Shown: positions 13,110-26,094 of the stretch, piece by piece
Layout of the letters: every line of letters starts with the position of its first letter
How positions within the stretch are numbered: the first letter of the stretch is position 1
NCBI GenBank assembly: GCA_964016885.1
Contig: OZ024743.1
Location: 165,974,001-166,038,000, forward strand
Source: Eledone cirrhosa
Lineage: Eukaryota
Length of the DNA stretch: 64,000 nucleotides
Reading direction: 5' to 3'
Made by a program: the position numbers and the translations under genes
The notes under the pieces: model-generated
What the model was told of the DNA's origin: nothing
The model's input: the letters and a program-made list of their open reading frames with translations, nothing else
The model's database searches: none

Positions 13110-16100
13110 CCATAATATATGGTTATATCGCTCAAACATTCAATTTTGTATTATACATTTTATATTCAAAAAAAGAAAATGGTTATAAATGGAAGAAAAC
13201 CCCCTCTGTCTACACTATATAGAACAGCCAAATAACAGTAATTTCACAAACATCAGAAACTAGATACACCACCTAACCCATCACCCCTCTGTGTACACTA
13301 AACACAACAGCCAGATAACGGCAATTTCACCACCATCAACACCAATCTCAGCATAATAATAATAATTACTATTATTATTGCCTCAAGTATTAGTTTTAAC
13401 AAAATGTTTAATTCCAATATTAAGGGAATATGTCAACACATATACGCGACTAACGATAATTTCACTAAAGATAATTTCACCACCAACACCACCACTACTA
13501 CCACGATGAAGTCGACTCAAATTTCTACTCCAACTTCAACACCATCACTACAGTAATACGACCACATCACCACCACCACTGCCTCATTATCGCTACCGCC
13601 GCTATTCTCTCCCACTACCTCCTGCTAGTTGCTGCTAGCACAGCACCGCCACCACCACCACCACCACTGCCTCATTATCACTACCGCCGCTATTCTCTCC
13701 CGCTTCCCCCTGCTACATTGTAGAATTCCCACTAAAAGAGGAAGGCATCAAAATATATAAATAGACTGAATTGATGACCCGGTCAAAATAAAAAAAAAAA
13801 ATAAAAAATCAAGTTTTAGTTTTAACAAAATGTTTAATTCCAATATTAAGAAAATATGTCAACACATATACGCGACTAACGATAATTTTACTAAAGATAA
13901 TTTCACCACCAACACCACCACCACTACCACGATGAAAACTCTGGTCAAGTCGACTCAAATTTCTACTCCAACTTCAACACCATCACTACAGTAATACGAC
14001 CACATCACCACCACCACTGCCTCATTGTCGCTACCGCCGCTATTCTCTCCCACTACCTCCTGCTAGTTGTTGCTAGCACAGCACCGCCACCACCACCACC
14101 ACTGCCTCATTATCACTACCGCCGCTATTCTCTCCCGTTAGCCCCTGCTACATTGTAGAATTCTCACTAAAAGAGGAAGGCATCAAAATATATAAATAGA
14201 CTGAATTGATGACCCGGTCAAATCAAAAAAACAAAAATCAAAATCAAAGCAGCACAGCAACGACGAAAAACGTAAAGAAAATAAGAATGAAGAGAAAAAC
14301 AAACAGACGGACAGAGAAGGGAAGGGAAAAACTAAGTCAGACATTCAAACACTACATTACAATGAAACTTATGCTTATTCATTTTTGGGGTTTTTTCTGC
14401 CTGTTGGTTTGTTTGTTTATTTCTGTTCGTCTACAGCGTGATAATGCCACACAAAAGTCACACATAACCACCGGAGATGATGAAGTCACCGGTGGTTATG
14501 TAACCATACATTCGCCAATCCTCGATAAGAGTGTTTAAATGTCGAACCTAAACAGTTCGAATAACGGTGAAATGGAGACTAGAATGTTATGTGACAGACT
14601 CTCACCCAACAGGTGTTCCCTGGCTCAGCAGCAGGGACCTGGCTGTCAACCAAATACTTCTGGTGTCGGAGGAAGAAGAAGAAGGAAAGGGACCAGAACC
14701 AACTGGACGAAAGAATTGAATAGAACTGTTATGCAATGTTACCTGAAGAGCAACCCCAAGGAGAAAGGCTATAGGAAACGGATGCATAACATCTGGAACG
14801 AGATTGGTCTATTTAAATTAGATGAACAAAAATTGGCCGGGCAGGCTCGGGTAATAAGAACTAATGGGTGGATAAGCGAGCTGGAACTGGAGGAACTGAG
14901 CAGAGAGAGATTAGCTTGGAGATGGAGAGTGGAGTATGCCAGGCAAACGAGCCAGTGGGAAATGAAGGTGAAGAGGTCCTGAGAACGGAGGAACCACCCG
15001 AAGCAGACAATGATCTGAATGCTGAGATAAATAATACCTGGAACAGAGATACGGCCACTGAGGAGATGAATGCTGACGGGCTAGGACAAGATTCGGTTGA
15101 CATCCTAAATTTAGTGGTAGATGAATTGAACAATGATAGTGGGAGACCTATGAACCTAAGATTTGTAGACAGGAAAAAGTTAAAAGAAACAACAGCTAAG
15201 GTAAACAAAGTCATCCCATACCTTGAGGCGAGGAGCCTTCACCAGTGCAACAATATCCTCAAAGCAACAGCAAATACGGTGAGGAAACTACTTGGTATAA
15301 AAGCGAGAGGAAACAACAGACAAGAAAGAGCAGAGCCGTGGTGGAAGAAACGACTGAGTGGTCAAATCGGGGAAATGAGAAATGACATAGGAAAGCTTGA
15401 GTCACTACTGAATGGGACACTAAAAAACATAGACACTAAAAATAGACTGGAAATAAAGTACAAAACTAGGAGGAAAAAGCTAAATATTATCATAGAGGAA
15501 CTCAAGCAACGCATTGTAGCAAAGAGTGCAAAAATCAGGCGATACGAGAACAGAGTCAGTCAGTATAGACAGAACCGCATGTTCGACAACAACCAGAAGA
15601 TGCTGTTTGGACAGCTTGAAGGGAAAGAAAGAGGCAACGACTTGATCCCTGAGGCGGAACAAACTAAAACATTCTGGAGAGGAATATGGGAGCAGGATGT
15701 TAGACATAATGTCCAGGCAGGGTGGATTGAGACAGTACAGAAGGAGATTAGTGAACAGGTACACCAACAAACTGATTTGAGTATCACAGTTGAAACTCTT
15801 AAGGGGCAGGCCAAAAAACTAACCAACTGGAAATCACCAGGCCCAGATTGTGTGCAGGGGTATTGGATTAAAAATATAACATCCCTCCACCCGAAACTGA
15901 CAACCATGTTCAATGACTGCTTGATGTCAGGGGAGGTACCAGAGTGGTTGACAAAAGGTACCACAGTTCTGATAATGAAAGACCGAATCAAGGGTAATGA
16001 TGTTACCAACTATAGACCTATCACATGTCTGTCCGTAATGTGGAAACTGTTGACAAGCATTATGTCTGAGGAAATCTACCATAACCTCCACACAAACAAC

Positions 16101-17564
16101 TTGTTACCGGACGAACAGAAAGGATGCCGAAAGAAGTCACGTGGTACAAAGGACCAGTTACTTATTGATAAGATGGTAATGAGGAATTGCAAGAGGAGAC
16201 ACACTGGTCTTGACAAAAAGGCATTTGACATGGTGCCTCATTCTTGGATCACCAAAAGCCTGGAGATCTTCAAGGTGGCAGATAACATCAGACAGTTGTT
16301 GGGCAAAAGTATGAAGTCCTGGGAAACAGAGTTAACATCAACTGGAGAATCCTTGGGAAGCGTGAAGATCAAGAGAGGTATCTTCCAGGGAGATAGTCTG
16401 TCCCCTCTGTTGTTTGTCCTTGCCTGATGCCCCTGACCAGTGTACTGCGAAAAGTGAGAGCAGGATACAGGTTGGGAAAGGTAGGGCTTACCATCAATCA
16501 CCTCCTCTTCGTGGACGATCTTAAGCTCTTCGGGAAGAGTGAGAAGGAGTTGGATGTGCTTGTTGACACTGTCCGTATTTTCAGCAATGATATATGTATG
16601 CAATTTGGTATTAGTAAGTGTGGAGTCCTAGTGATGAAGAGGGGTAAATTGAGCAGAAGTAACGGAATCCAGGTACCAACAGGTGAGATGATAAAGGAAA
16701 TTGACTCTGAAGAAGGATACAAGTATTTGGGTGTTCTGGAGGCTGATGACATCAAGAACAAAAAAAATGAAGGAATTGATAAGAACTGAATACATTCGGA
16801 GAGTTAGGAGCGTATTAAAGTCACATCTGAACAGTAGGAATGTCATAAGTGCAGTAAATTCCCGTGCTGTGTCTATTATTAGGTACAGTGCGGGAATTCT
16901 GAGATGGAATGTTGCTGAACAAAAAGAAATGGATAGGAAGACTTGGAAGCTATTGACTATCTAAAACATGTTCCACAAGAGGAGTGATGTCGATAGACTC
17001 TACTTAAGGAAATCTGAAGGTGGAAGAGGTCTTATCAGCATAGAGGACTGTGTTCAGATGGAGAAAAACAACCTTCTGAGAAGTGGTATGAGCATAAGCC
17101 AGAGTCGGTGATAGAAAACGATCAGGTGAAGGTGCTGTGGGATTTTAGGATACAGACGGACAAGAAACTGGAACACAATAGACCTGACCTGGTGGTTGTG
17201 GACAAAGAAAAAAGAGCGTGTCTGATTGTGGATGTGGCCTGCCCATTCGACACGAGAGTGCAAGAGAAGGAGAGGGAGAAAATTAACCGATACCAGGACT
17301 TAAAATGGGAGGTGAAAAGGATTTGGAACTGCCATGAAGTCAAAGTGATCCCGATTCTCATAGGCGCACGAGGGACTATCTCAAAAAGTTTCTAGGGATG
17401 GTTAAAGAAAATTGGCCCCTTCACGCTTCAAAAGGCATGCTTGCTGGGAACAGCAAGAACCCTCCGATACGTCCTGAATATCTGAAGCTGCAGGTAGTGG
17501 CTTGATATTCATTTCAACAAACTTTCCAGTTAAATAACATCAATGACTGAGACTCAAATAATAA

Positions 17565-17567
<3 letters not shown>
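13110..17567 (+). mobile_element. R4/Dong-type copy A' (degenerate relative of 3512-8110, internal deletion near 17075)
   Basis: ORF pieces 14539-17395 are near-identical to copy A; the zinc-knuckle region is missing between GAGAAAAACAACCT and TCTGAGAAGTGG. Confidence 0.9.
13391..14225 (+). repeat. Tandem duplication of ~420 bp within the leader
   Basis: TAGTTTTAACAAAATG...GATGACCCGGTCAAA occurs at ~13391 and ~13817. Confidence 0.85.
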
Positions 17568-17595
<28 letters not shown>

Positions 17596-17622
17596 AAGAA
17601 GAAGAAGAAGAAGAAGAAGAAG

Positions 17623-17654
<32 letters not shown>

Positions 17655-17780
17655 GAAGAAGAAGAAGAAGAAGAAGAAGAAGAAGAAGAAGAAGAAGAAG
17701 AAGAAGAAGAAGAAGAAGAAGAAGAAGAAGAAGAAGAAGAAGAAGAAGAAGAAGAAGAAGAAGAAGAAGAAGAAGAAGAA
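17568..17780. repeat. (GAA)n microsatellite between convergent 3' ends
   Basis: Seen directly. Confidence 0.95.
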
Positions 17781-20700
17781 TGATTTCTTTATTGGTCATA
17801 AGGGCTGACATCAATAAAAACATTACAGACGGCACAGGACGCTACAGGACGGTACGATGTGGGTTTCGTGCGTGTAAAGATTTTTATTATTTATATAAGA
17901 AACGAAAAAGAAAAAAGACATAGAAACATATATATATATATAAACAATAAAAATGAAAATTCGAACAATGAAAAAAACCCAAAAAGGGGGAAAACATCCG
18001 AGGGTCACTCGTGCCGAAAACCACATAAAAAGGCCACGACCACCCTGACTACCAGGGCAAGTGCCCTCTCTCACTTTTCCAACTGCTCAGTCTACAGGCG
18101 CATACTCAGAGCGGGCCCGTTCACTCGGACCAGACTCGCCACTTTCACCCACCTTTCAACAAACTTACTGGAAGACAGCACTTGCCTCTCCACTCTGATT
18201 TTCCTCTTCAAGTGAAACTTGAAAAAGTTAATCAGGGATTCGCCGAAGAGGAAACTGTCCGTCTTCAACCCTTTCAGCCTTGTCCACCACACAATCTCTT
18301 TCGCCATGGCCACCAGGCAGATGAAAACTGCCTGCCCTTCCTCCTCTTTAAAGGAGGATGGCGGGGCTATCTGCACAATGGACTCAATCGATAACCGGAC
18401 CCGTCCTACACGCGACAGCAGCTGTTCGACATAGCTCCACAAGTCAGCAATCCTCGGGCACTGAACGAGTGCGTGCTAGTCGCTTTCGTCGCCCAGCGTG
18501 CATCTCGAACAGGCTCGGCTGACAGCACCTCCGTGCCTGTAGAGCTTATCCCGAACCGGAAACGCTCCCCGGTAGCACTGCTAGGCCAGAATTTCTAGAA
18601 GTTGTCTATAGGCCCCGGTCTGGAAGTTCTCTTGAAGAGAGCGAACAGCTGATCATCTTCGACGCTCAGGGTCTCCCCGAGAACGTCATCGCTTTATCCC
18701 TATAGAGCGCCGAGGTCGATGTTCCACCGATAACAGTGCCCAGTTGGTAGAGGGAGGTGAGCGCTTAGACACATTCTAGCTTCCAAGCACTATCCCTCGG
18801 TCTTTTTCTGATCCAGGACTGCAGCTCTGTCAAGGAGACGAGCTGGGGAAAAGCACGTCTGTTCACCGTCAAGGAAGCACCAGAGATCTCGCAGCCTCAG
18901 CGCATGTTTGCACATCATCAGCCACGGCATTCCTAGTCCTCGACGCAACGGGTGTTGACAGAAAATGGATCGTCTGACCATGGGAGCACGTTCCTTCCAC
19001 AAAAAGCGAAAGGGAAGGCGCTCCATTTTGGTCAGAGTTGGGCGAGGGCAAGGTACGAATCAGACGGTAGCAGATGACGGACGCTATGTACACATTCACC
19101 ACCTCCGCCCGACCTTTCAGAGACAGCCTCCTCTCGGCCCATTTCTGGGTGAGAGAGGCCACCCTGCTCGTCACCTCCCTCCAGTTTTTCTCCATCTGGA
19201 GGTCCGGACCGAACCAGACCCCGAGCAATTTAACCGGTAGTTCCGTCCAGCGCTCCACGACGCTGTCGGACGGCATGGACTTGCCTCTCCAGGTACCGAG
19301 TTGCAAGACTACCGACCTTTCCTGGTTTATTTTTGCTCCTGTCACCGCTTCGTATTCCTTGAGAGCGGTGCCGAGTATCTGGACGTGTGTGGTACTCGAT
19401 ACCACCACGGTGACGCCGGCGGCGTAAGCTGACACGGATCTCCCGCTTCCCAGTTCGCGTGGGACCCCCCTCATCGTCTCCAATTTGAGCAGTAATGACT
19501 CTAATGCCAGTGCGTACAAGAGGAACGAGAGGGGGCGACCCTGGTGGACCGAGCGCATGATGCTGAAAGGCTGCGACAGGTGACCATTCACCCTCACAAT
19601 CGAGCAGATGTCGCTGTGCATCGCAGCGATCCAGCCCCTAAAAACTGGCCCGAAGCCGGCCGCCTCGAGGACCGCAGCCAGGTACCGATGGTCGACCCTA
19701 TCAAATGCTTTGGATTGATCCAAGTTGATCAGGGCTCCACCCGTGCCATGTTCCTTAACCACCCTCTCTATGATGTATCGCATGAGATGGAGGTTGTCGG
19801 GGATGGATCTGTCCAGAATGGCGCATGTCTGCGCCTCTCCCACCAGATCACCGACAACAAGCGCCAATCTCTTTGCTAGCACCTTGGCCAAAATTTTAAA
19901 CTCTGCGTTTAGCAGAGTTATGGGCCTGAAGTTGTCTATAACGTCCCCCTTGTTCGGGTCTTTTCTCAGCAGTGCCACCGCACCCCGGTTTACAAAACTG
20001 GGAATGCTCCCGTTCCTCTGCCAGTTGCAGTAGACATCTGCCAATAGGTCGCCGAACAAGTCTGGCATATACGCATAAAGCTCGTAGGGCAGACCATCCA
20101 AACCTGGCGATTTACCCCTCGTGCAGTCAGACATCGCTTCCCGTATTTCACCTTCAGTTATCGGCTTTTCGCAGCACTGCGCTGCAGTCGTCGAGAGCCG
20201 CGGCAGTCCGTCGAGATATGCACCGAAATCCATACACCGATTCGGCCCGCCGTCGCTCCCGAACAATTGAGCAAAGTGCTGTTGAAAAGCCGCACACATC
20301 TGCTCAGTTTCGAGCAACGTGCGCCCGTTTTGATCAGACAAAGACCGAATTATGGACTTGTTGCCACGTCCCGCCTCCACCACCCAGGCCCATTGACCGG
20401 CTTTCGTCCCCTCGTGTCTTAGAGCACGCGCTCTAGCTCTGATAACGCAGCCTTCATGCTTTGCGTTGAAGAATTGGTCGAGTGCCAATCTCACCGCAAG
20501 CACGTCGGTTGTGATGCCTGTCCTAAACGCCTCTTCTAGCTTTCTAACTAACTCTCCCTCTACTCTATTTTCCTCTATCACTACTCCTTTGATAAACCTT
20601 ATCGATTCTACTCTAATAGCCCTTCTCATGGTAAACCACCACCTGTTGACGATCGCACCCGTCAACGCACGCTCAACTAATTCGCTAATCCACACAGTCC

Positions 20701-21195
20701 CAGCGTGCATCTAATATACCTTTCCAGTCGTCCACTAACACTAAATAACGGGACGTTCCAAGAAAGGTCTCTAGACGTCTGAAGAAATCTGGCCGTCCTG
20801 CCCCTGTTGGGGCGTAGACGGCTACTAGCCTGAAAGCATTGCCTTCGCTGCCGGTCACGTCCAGCACCACCGACTTACCTTCTGAGTTCAGGAAGATGGC
20901 CCGTATGGCGAGATCCAAGCCTCTCCGAAAAAGCACGGCAACCCCTCCTCCCGATCCTGAACGGCTGGGGATGCATATACATCGTAGCCGCCGAAGATCG
21001 GTGCGAAGACTCGTGCTTCGGATATTCTGGTCTCGCTGATGGCCACCACATCTATGTTTAGTGACCTGATGTCGTTGAGCAGGAGACCCTGCTTCCAAGA
21101 TTACCCCAGGCCACGTACATTTATACTGACTATTCTATATACGGCCATGTTGGATGAGAAAGCGGGTAAGTGAGAAAGGATCACTTACCTTGATC
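17781..21195 (-). mobile_element. L1/Tx1-type element: degenerate ORF2 (APE-RT-C-terminal) and 3'UTR
   Basis: ORF2 ATG at 21148; KSPGLDGLP, FRPITLLN, LDQSKAFDRV motifs; catalytic motif decayed to YAAG; AATAAA near 17790. Confidence 0.88.
18869..20710 (-). pseudogene. L1/Tx1 reverse transcriptase domain, inactive
   Basis: 613-aa ORF with RT motifs but SAYAAGVTV instead of YADD. Confidence 0.85.
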
Positions 21196-21199
21196 GTGT

Positions 21200-21340
21200 G
21201 ATGATGATGATAATAATATTTTCTTTTATTGGCCTCTAGGGCCGAATATAGGGGACCATACAAAGACAGGGCCAGTGGGGGTTTACAATGAAATCGAATA
21301 AAAATGGAAGATAAAAACAATTAACAACAAAATTATAACA
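21200..21340 (-). mobile_element. 3'-end fragment of another L1/Tx1 copy
   Basis: TTTATTGGCC...AGGGC resembles the 3' end at 17785-17810 and 46840-46860; (TAT/CAT)n tail. Confidence 0.5.
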
Positions 21341-21539
21341 AAATACGGCGATGTATTTGTTTTGCAATCTTTTTTTTTTATGAAATCTTTAGTTGAATCG
21401 GATATTGTTATATTTTGGGAGGGTCATGTTGCCCTAATATTGCCGAAAATAGTAAAACACACTCACTGTTTGATTTGGTTTTAGCTTCAATTTCAGTACA
21501 TTTTACTTTTTTTTTAAATAAATAATTTAGTTGGCAATC

Positions 21540-22290
21540 AATGTTCATCATTGGTCGACCAACAATTAAAAATATAAACATAAATATAATTTCTCAAAGT
21601 ACTCTCGTCGCATATTTCTTTTACATCTTCAGTGATTATCGTTGTGTTTCCTTCCGTTGCATTTCTATAACGTTTATTTTGTTGTCTCTGTTTGCGCATG
21701 TGTTTTTGTGCGTGTATTCTGTTTGGTGTGTGCTCGTGTCTGAGTCTGCATGTGTTTATGTGTTTATATTCTATATTTGGTCACTAGAGTGTGTTTGTGT
21801 GTGGGTGTTGTTATTGCATCTGTGTATAATTATATTCTATCTTGGATCACCATTGAGTGTTTGTGCATGATTGTTGCTATTCCACTCATGTTTTCTGTTC
21901 AGCCTAGGTTTTCTTAACTGAATTTCTGTAGTCTAATCTGTATAAGTGTCGAGTCATTCCGATGTTTAGATATTATTTTCACTTCTATGTTGTCTATTTT
22001 ATCGTCATGTTTTGGTCAGGCGTGTTCATACGGTATTTATTTTCATCTGCTTATTATCTCCAGTGTTCATATGTCCTCTTTCCTATGCTACAGGATGTCT
22101 CACCCTATGTATGTTCTTGTCATGTTTCTGCAGGTACCCTCTGTAGATCTTATTCTAGTTTTACAATTTATTTGTGGAATTACTCTACATATAACACATT
22201 TCTCTTTGTACAGCGGGTTTTCTTAAAGGGTAAGTTTTACTGATCGGGGATTTTATGAGCCATTTTGTGAAGACAGCCTCTAGATATTTC
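21540..22290 (-). mobile_element. Degenerate Penelope-like element 3' fragment (GIY-YIG region)
   Basis: Manual translation across frameshifts: KCVICRVIPQINCK...TYIGETSCSIGKRTYEHW...KPRLNRKHEW; decayed CTGAAGA...GAAA near 21620. Confidence 0.55.
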
Positions 22291-22294
22291 TGTT

Positions 22295-23100
22295 CAACCC
22301 AATCGAAAGCCTTCGATTGATCTAAATTTCTTCAGGCGACTGGAGACCTTCCTAGGAAATGTTAGTGCGCGATGGAACGGGATCTTGGATGCACGCTGGG
22401 ATTGTGTGGGATTAGCGGATAGGAGAGGAGGGTGTAAAAGCCTCGCAAACCTGCTCAGACGTTTCCAACTGTCTGACAGGTACTGATTGGATTTCCCGAG
22501 TGTGCCAATGTGGACATGGACAAACCGCATCTGATCGTATCTAGATAGAGTATTTTGTAAGGAAATAGATAGTTCTAGCATAGATTGTCCACAATTCAAA
22601 ATAGTCGACTACACGGACTACAAATTCGTGTGGTCGACTTAGATAGGCTTAATGGACTGGGAGCCGGCTACTGGAAGCTAAACGCGTCGTTGACAACGCG
22701 CAAAGCCTACAGAGATCGAATTAGCGAACTGGTTAAGCGGGCGCTGACGGGGGCCATCGTCAACAATAAATGGTGGTTTGCCCTGAAAAGAGTGACTAGA
22801 ATAGAGTTCATTAGGTTTAGTAAGGCGTTAGTTATAGAGAAAAATATAGCAGCGGGAGAACTAGTTAGAAAATTAGACGATGTGCTTAGTAAAGACATCA
22901 CGACCGACTTGCTTGCGGCGAAATTGGCACTCGACCAATTCTTCAACGCAAAGAAACGTGCTCTCAGAAACGAGGGGACGAAAGCCGTTCGATGGGCCCG
23001 AGTGGCGGAGACGCGTCGTGACAACAAAGCAACGATCTGGTCTTTGGCGGACCATGATGGGCGCATGTTACTCGAACCCGAGTAAATGCGTGCGGCTTTT
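22295..23100 (+). mobile_element. L1/Tx1 ORF2 internal fragment (APE C-terminus and linker)
   Basis: FFRRLETFLG, SYLDRV, GYWKLNASL, ELVKRALTGAIVN match the 20.4-20.8 kb element. Confidence 0.8.
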
Positions 23101-23162
23101 CAAACGAGAAAAGTTATATTCTCGACTGTTCTCAAGTCCAGCAGTTGTAAGCAAGGGAGGGA

Positions 23163-23204
23163 CCGTCGTGATGAAGACCAATCAAGTCTGAAATGCATAG
23201 ACGG
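23163..23204 (+). ncRNA. Minimal type I hammerhead motif, family B (C3>G)
   Basis: CCGTC gTGATGA AGAC caatcaa GTCT GAAA tgca TA GACGG; lies in a ~220-bp repeat (23100-23320) also present inverted at 58525-58745. Confidence 0.7.
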
Positions 23205-23385
23205 TTGTCCCCCTCGCTTCTTCTGGACACCACCAAAGGGCGTTAGCCCCGGTTTTTGCATAGCTATGGCTTCCTAAATACCGTATTTCTTTAGAAATAC
23301 GAAATTTCTATAAATATATATTCGGAGATGGTTTGCCGCAACAATTTGCCGTAATTCCTTCTATTGATTAACAAATTATGTAATC

Positions 23386-23446
23386 GGGACCTGATGATGT
23401 CGCCTGATCTTGCGTAACCAGGTCATTGAAATATATATATAGTGTT
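23386..23446 (+). ncRNA. Hammerhead motif, family C (copies at ~32535-32595 - and ~33640-33700 +)
   Basis: CTGATGA...CCTG/CAGG stem...GAAA tatatata TA, followed by AATAAA; three related copies. Confidence 0.6.
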
Positions 23447-24349
23447 TTTTGCAACAATAAAACTTTAAAGGGATATCACCAGTCCTGCCTCATGTTGTTT
23501 TAATCAAATTAATATTTAACTCAGTTCCTGTACCAGCCACGGGATTCAAGATCATCGATAGATGAGTTGCATAACGTAGAGCTTTTTCCTACTATTACGT
23601 TAACTAAACGAAATGACCAGTTCTATCCATTGGTGAACCACAAAACATAAATGAATACAGCTCCTCTTTCAGTCGAGCGCTTTGTGATGTAATGGAGAAC
23701 AGAGGCCCCGGCATCATCTTAGGAGGACTACCACCCCAGCCTACGGCTACATGCCGAAACTTAGTCTACCTCAAAGCTCGGACCACACCGTACACTGCTA
23801 CACATAACCAAATAGACCAACGAGATTACTGACGGGCTCCCTACATTGTTTGATGCATTCACAAGATTCCTTCTGCATTTATTTGACCTTCTATATTTTG
23901 TATTGACTGAGTTTTTACCTTTATAATAAAGTGTTTTTCCGGTATTTATAATGAATGGTTCATTTGAGACCTTACATTACATATTATTCGATTTCATTTT
24001 TTATTTTATTTTATTTCATTGCATTGGATTTTGGTTTTTATTATATCATATATTTCAAACATAACTTGTGTACACCTTATCTTACAGGTTATCTTATACC
24101 TCATATGTGATACTTTTTTCTAAAACCACATGTCTCAGTAGGGTCTCCATACCAATAGCTTCAATGAGGTATTAATAATTATCATTCATTAATTGCATTT
24201 CACTACCTCGTTTACTTATTTACCATCCAATAATTATATATTTAATTCCCCTCACCATGAAATTTACTCACCGCCTAACATCTTATATAGTTCTCTTGTA
24301 TTATAACTACATAGGGACATACTACAAAATGTAAAATTTACTATTAATC

Positions 24350-24800
24350 TAATTTAATTTAATTTTGATTTAATTTTGATTTTGATTTTATTTTTTATTT
24401 TTTCAATTTTACCTTCAACTATACACTTGCATTTTAACCCCCCCCCCCCCCCCTCCCGCCTCCCGATAATTCTATCACTATGATCATTAGCATCACTGCT
24501 GATAACATTTATCTGGTATGCGTTACACCACTGACTGACCGTCTGACGACTTTCCGAGTTACACACAAGACGCCAAAATTTGTTTTGAGTGAAATTCATT
24601 GAGTGATTGGAATTAATTGATTAATTTCCTCAAAATCAATATATGAATATATTCGGTACTGATATATTTTTGGACCTTGCAGGGATGAGGATCAGTCGCT
24701 AGGAAACGCCAAACCTTGTCTTTTCTTTCACAATACAAACACACACGTATAAGTGTGAACTAGATTACTTACCCTTAATCAATTATTTTGACGAAACACT
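24350..24800 (+). repeat. Dispersed repeat, inverted copy at ~33105-33560
   Basis: Shared blocks such as GATCATTAGCATCACTGCT and GAACTAGATTACTTACCC. Confidence 0.7.
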
Positions 24801-24839
24801 GACACTAAGATTATAACTAATATATATTTATGTAAGTAT

Positions 24840-24875
<36 letters not shown>

Positions 24876-24965
24876 TCACATACATATATGCATATACGAT
24901 GAAAGTTGTGCCGTGCCGATGACCAGTCGTCATCCGTTTGTTCAACACTGACATTGAGGAGCAAT

Positions 24966-25000
24966 CAACATGTTTCTGGGTCATTACCCTTCATCAGGTC
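24966..25000 (-). ncRNA. Degenerate hammerhead motif
   Basis: Minus strand CTGATGA a GGGT aatg ACCC a GAAA catg TT; stem I poor. Confidence 0.4.
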
Positions 25001-25874
25001 TGTATACTTTTGCCAATCTGTATACATCGGCTGAGTAGCCTCATTTGCATACCGAGCGAGTTATGGCTGACCGACCGTGCCGAAAACTAAAAATAAAACG
25101 AGAATTTTATATCTCGCCCTAGCACAGCTGATACATAAATGTAAGTATGCATACGTACACACACATATATACACACATGTATATATTTATACACACACAC
25201 ATACATATACACATACATATGTACGCACGGGTTATATCGAATATTAATAATAATATTTGATTCGTTTGCAAACAAACGGCCCTATAAAAGCAGTGCCGAT
25301 GCAACCCAACTTTCCATAACTTTTTATACATTTTTATAACCTTCTTGACCTCCATAGAGCATATCACCTTTTCGGCCAGGTTAAAATAAGAGATTTTAGT
25401 ACCCCTAACCTTTGTAGCAGCTGACCGTTTGGTTCTCATTAAGGGCATAGCAAAGTTTCTGTCACCACCGCACAACCTCTACCCTCTTGGTCGCGCCTAC
25501 GAAACCCACAATTTAAAAATATATATATATATATGTAGATAAATCTACCAAAATATACGGTAGTGTCCAATCCGTATGAAGAACTCAATGTAATCCGAAT
25601 ATCATGAAAAGAGAAGATGTATTCAAAAAAATTTTTCCGATGAAAAATACAGGAAAACAGAGTCAAGATAAATTAATAAAAATAATGAATAAAAACAAAG
25701 AAACAGTTCCTTATATTTAAAAAATTCATCATTTTACGATCGTTTCTAGGATATATATGTTTGTGTTGGTATGTATATCATATAGATCTATGTAAAATGT
25801 TTACAAACTATCAGAGGGAATATACATACCTACACATATATATGCTGTCTTCAGAAATAATATATATATATATA

Positions 25875-26030
25875 TATTATATAGAAATGGCGTCTACAGG
25901 AGTAGAACTGTTTCTTCCGAATGAAACAGTTCTAGTCCTGTAGAAGCCATTTCTATATTATATTACTTTTACTCTGCTATGTATTGAGTACCTTACTTAC
26001 TGTGGTTATCCCCGATTTAACCCGAGATCT
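25875..26030 (+). mobile_element. PLE pseudo-LTR family A fragment as a fold-back unit in (TA)n
   Basis: ~40-bp inverted arms around TTCCGAAT plus a tail matching 62654-62745, which precedes a PLE ORF. Confidence 0.75.
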
Positions 26031-26054
26031 ACATATATATATATATATAGTGAA

Positions 26055-26094
<40 letters not shown>

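Noticed and set aside
17543-17923. Poly-Arg/poly-Leu ORFs and similar poly-Tyr, YI, CV, HT and MYVC ORFs across the window
   Set aside because: Translations of microsatellites lacking stops; no coding evidence.
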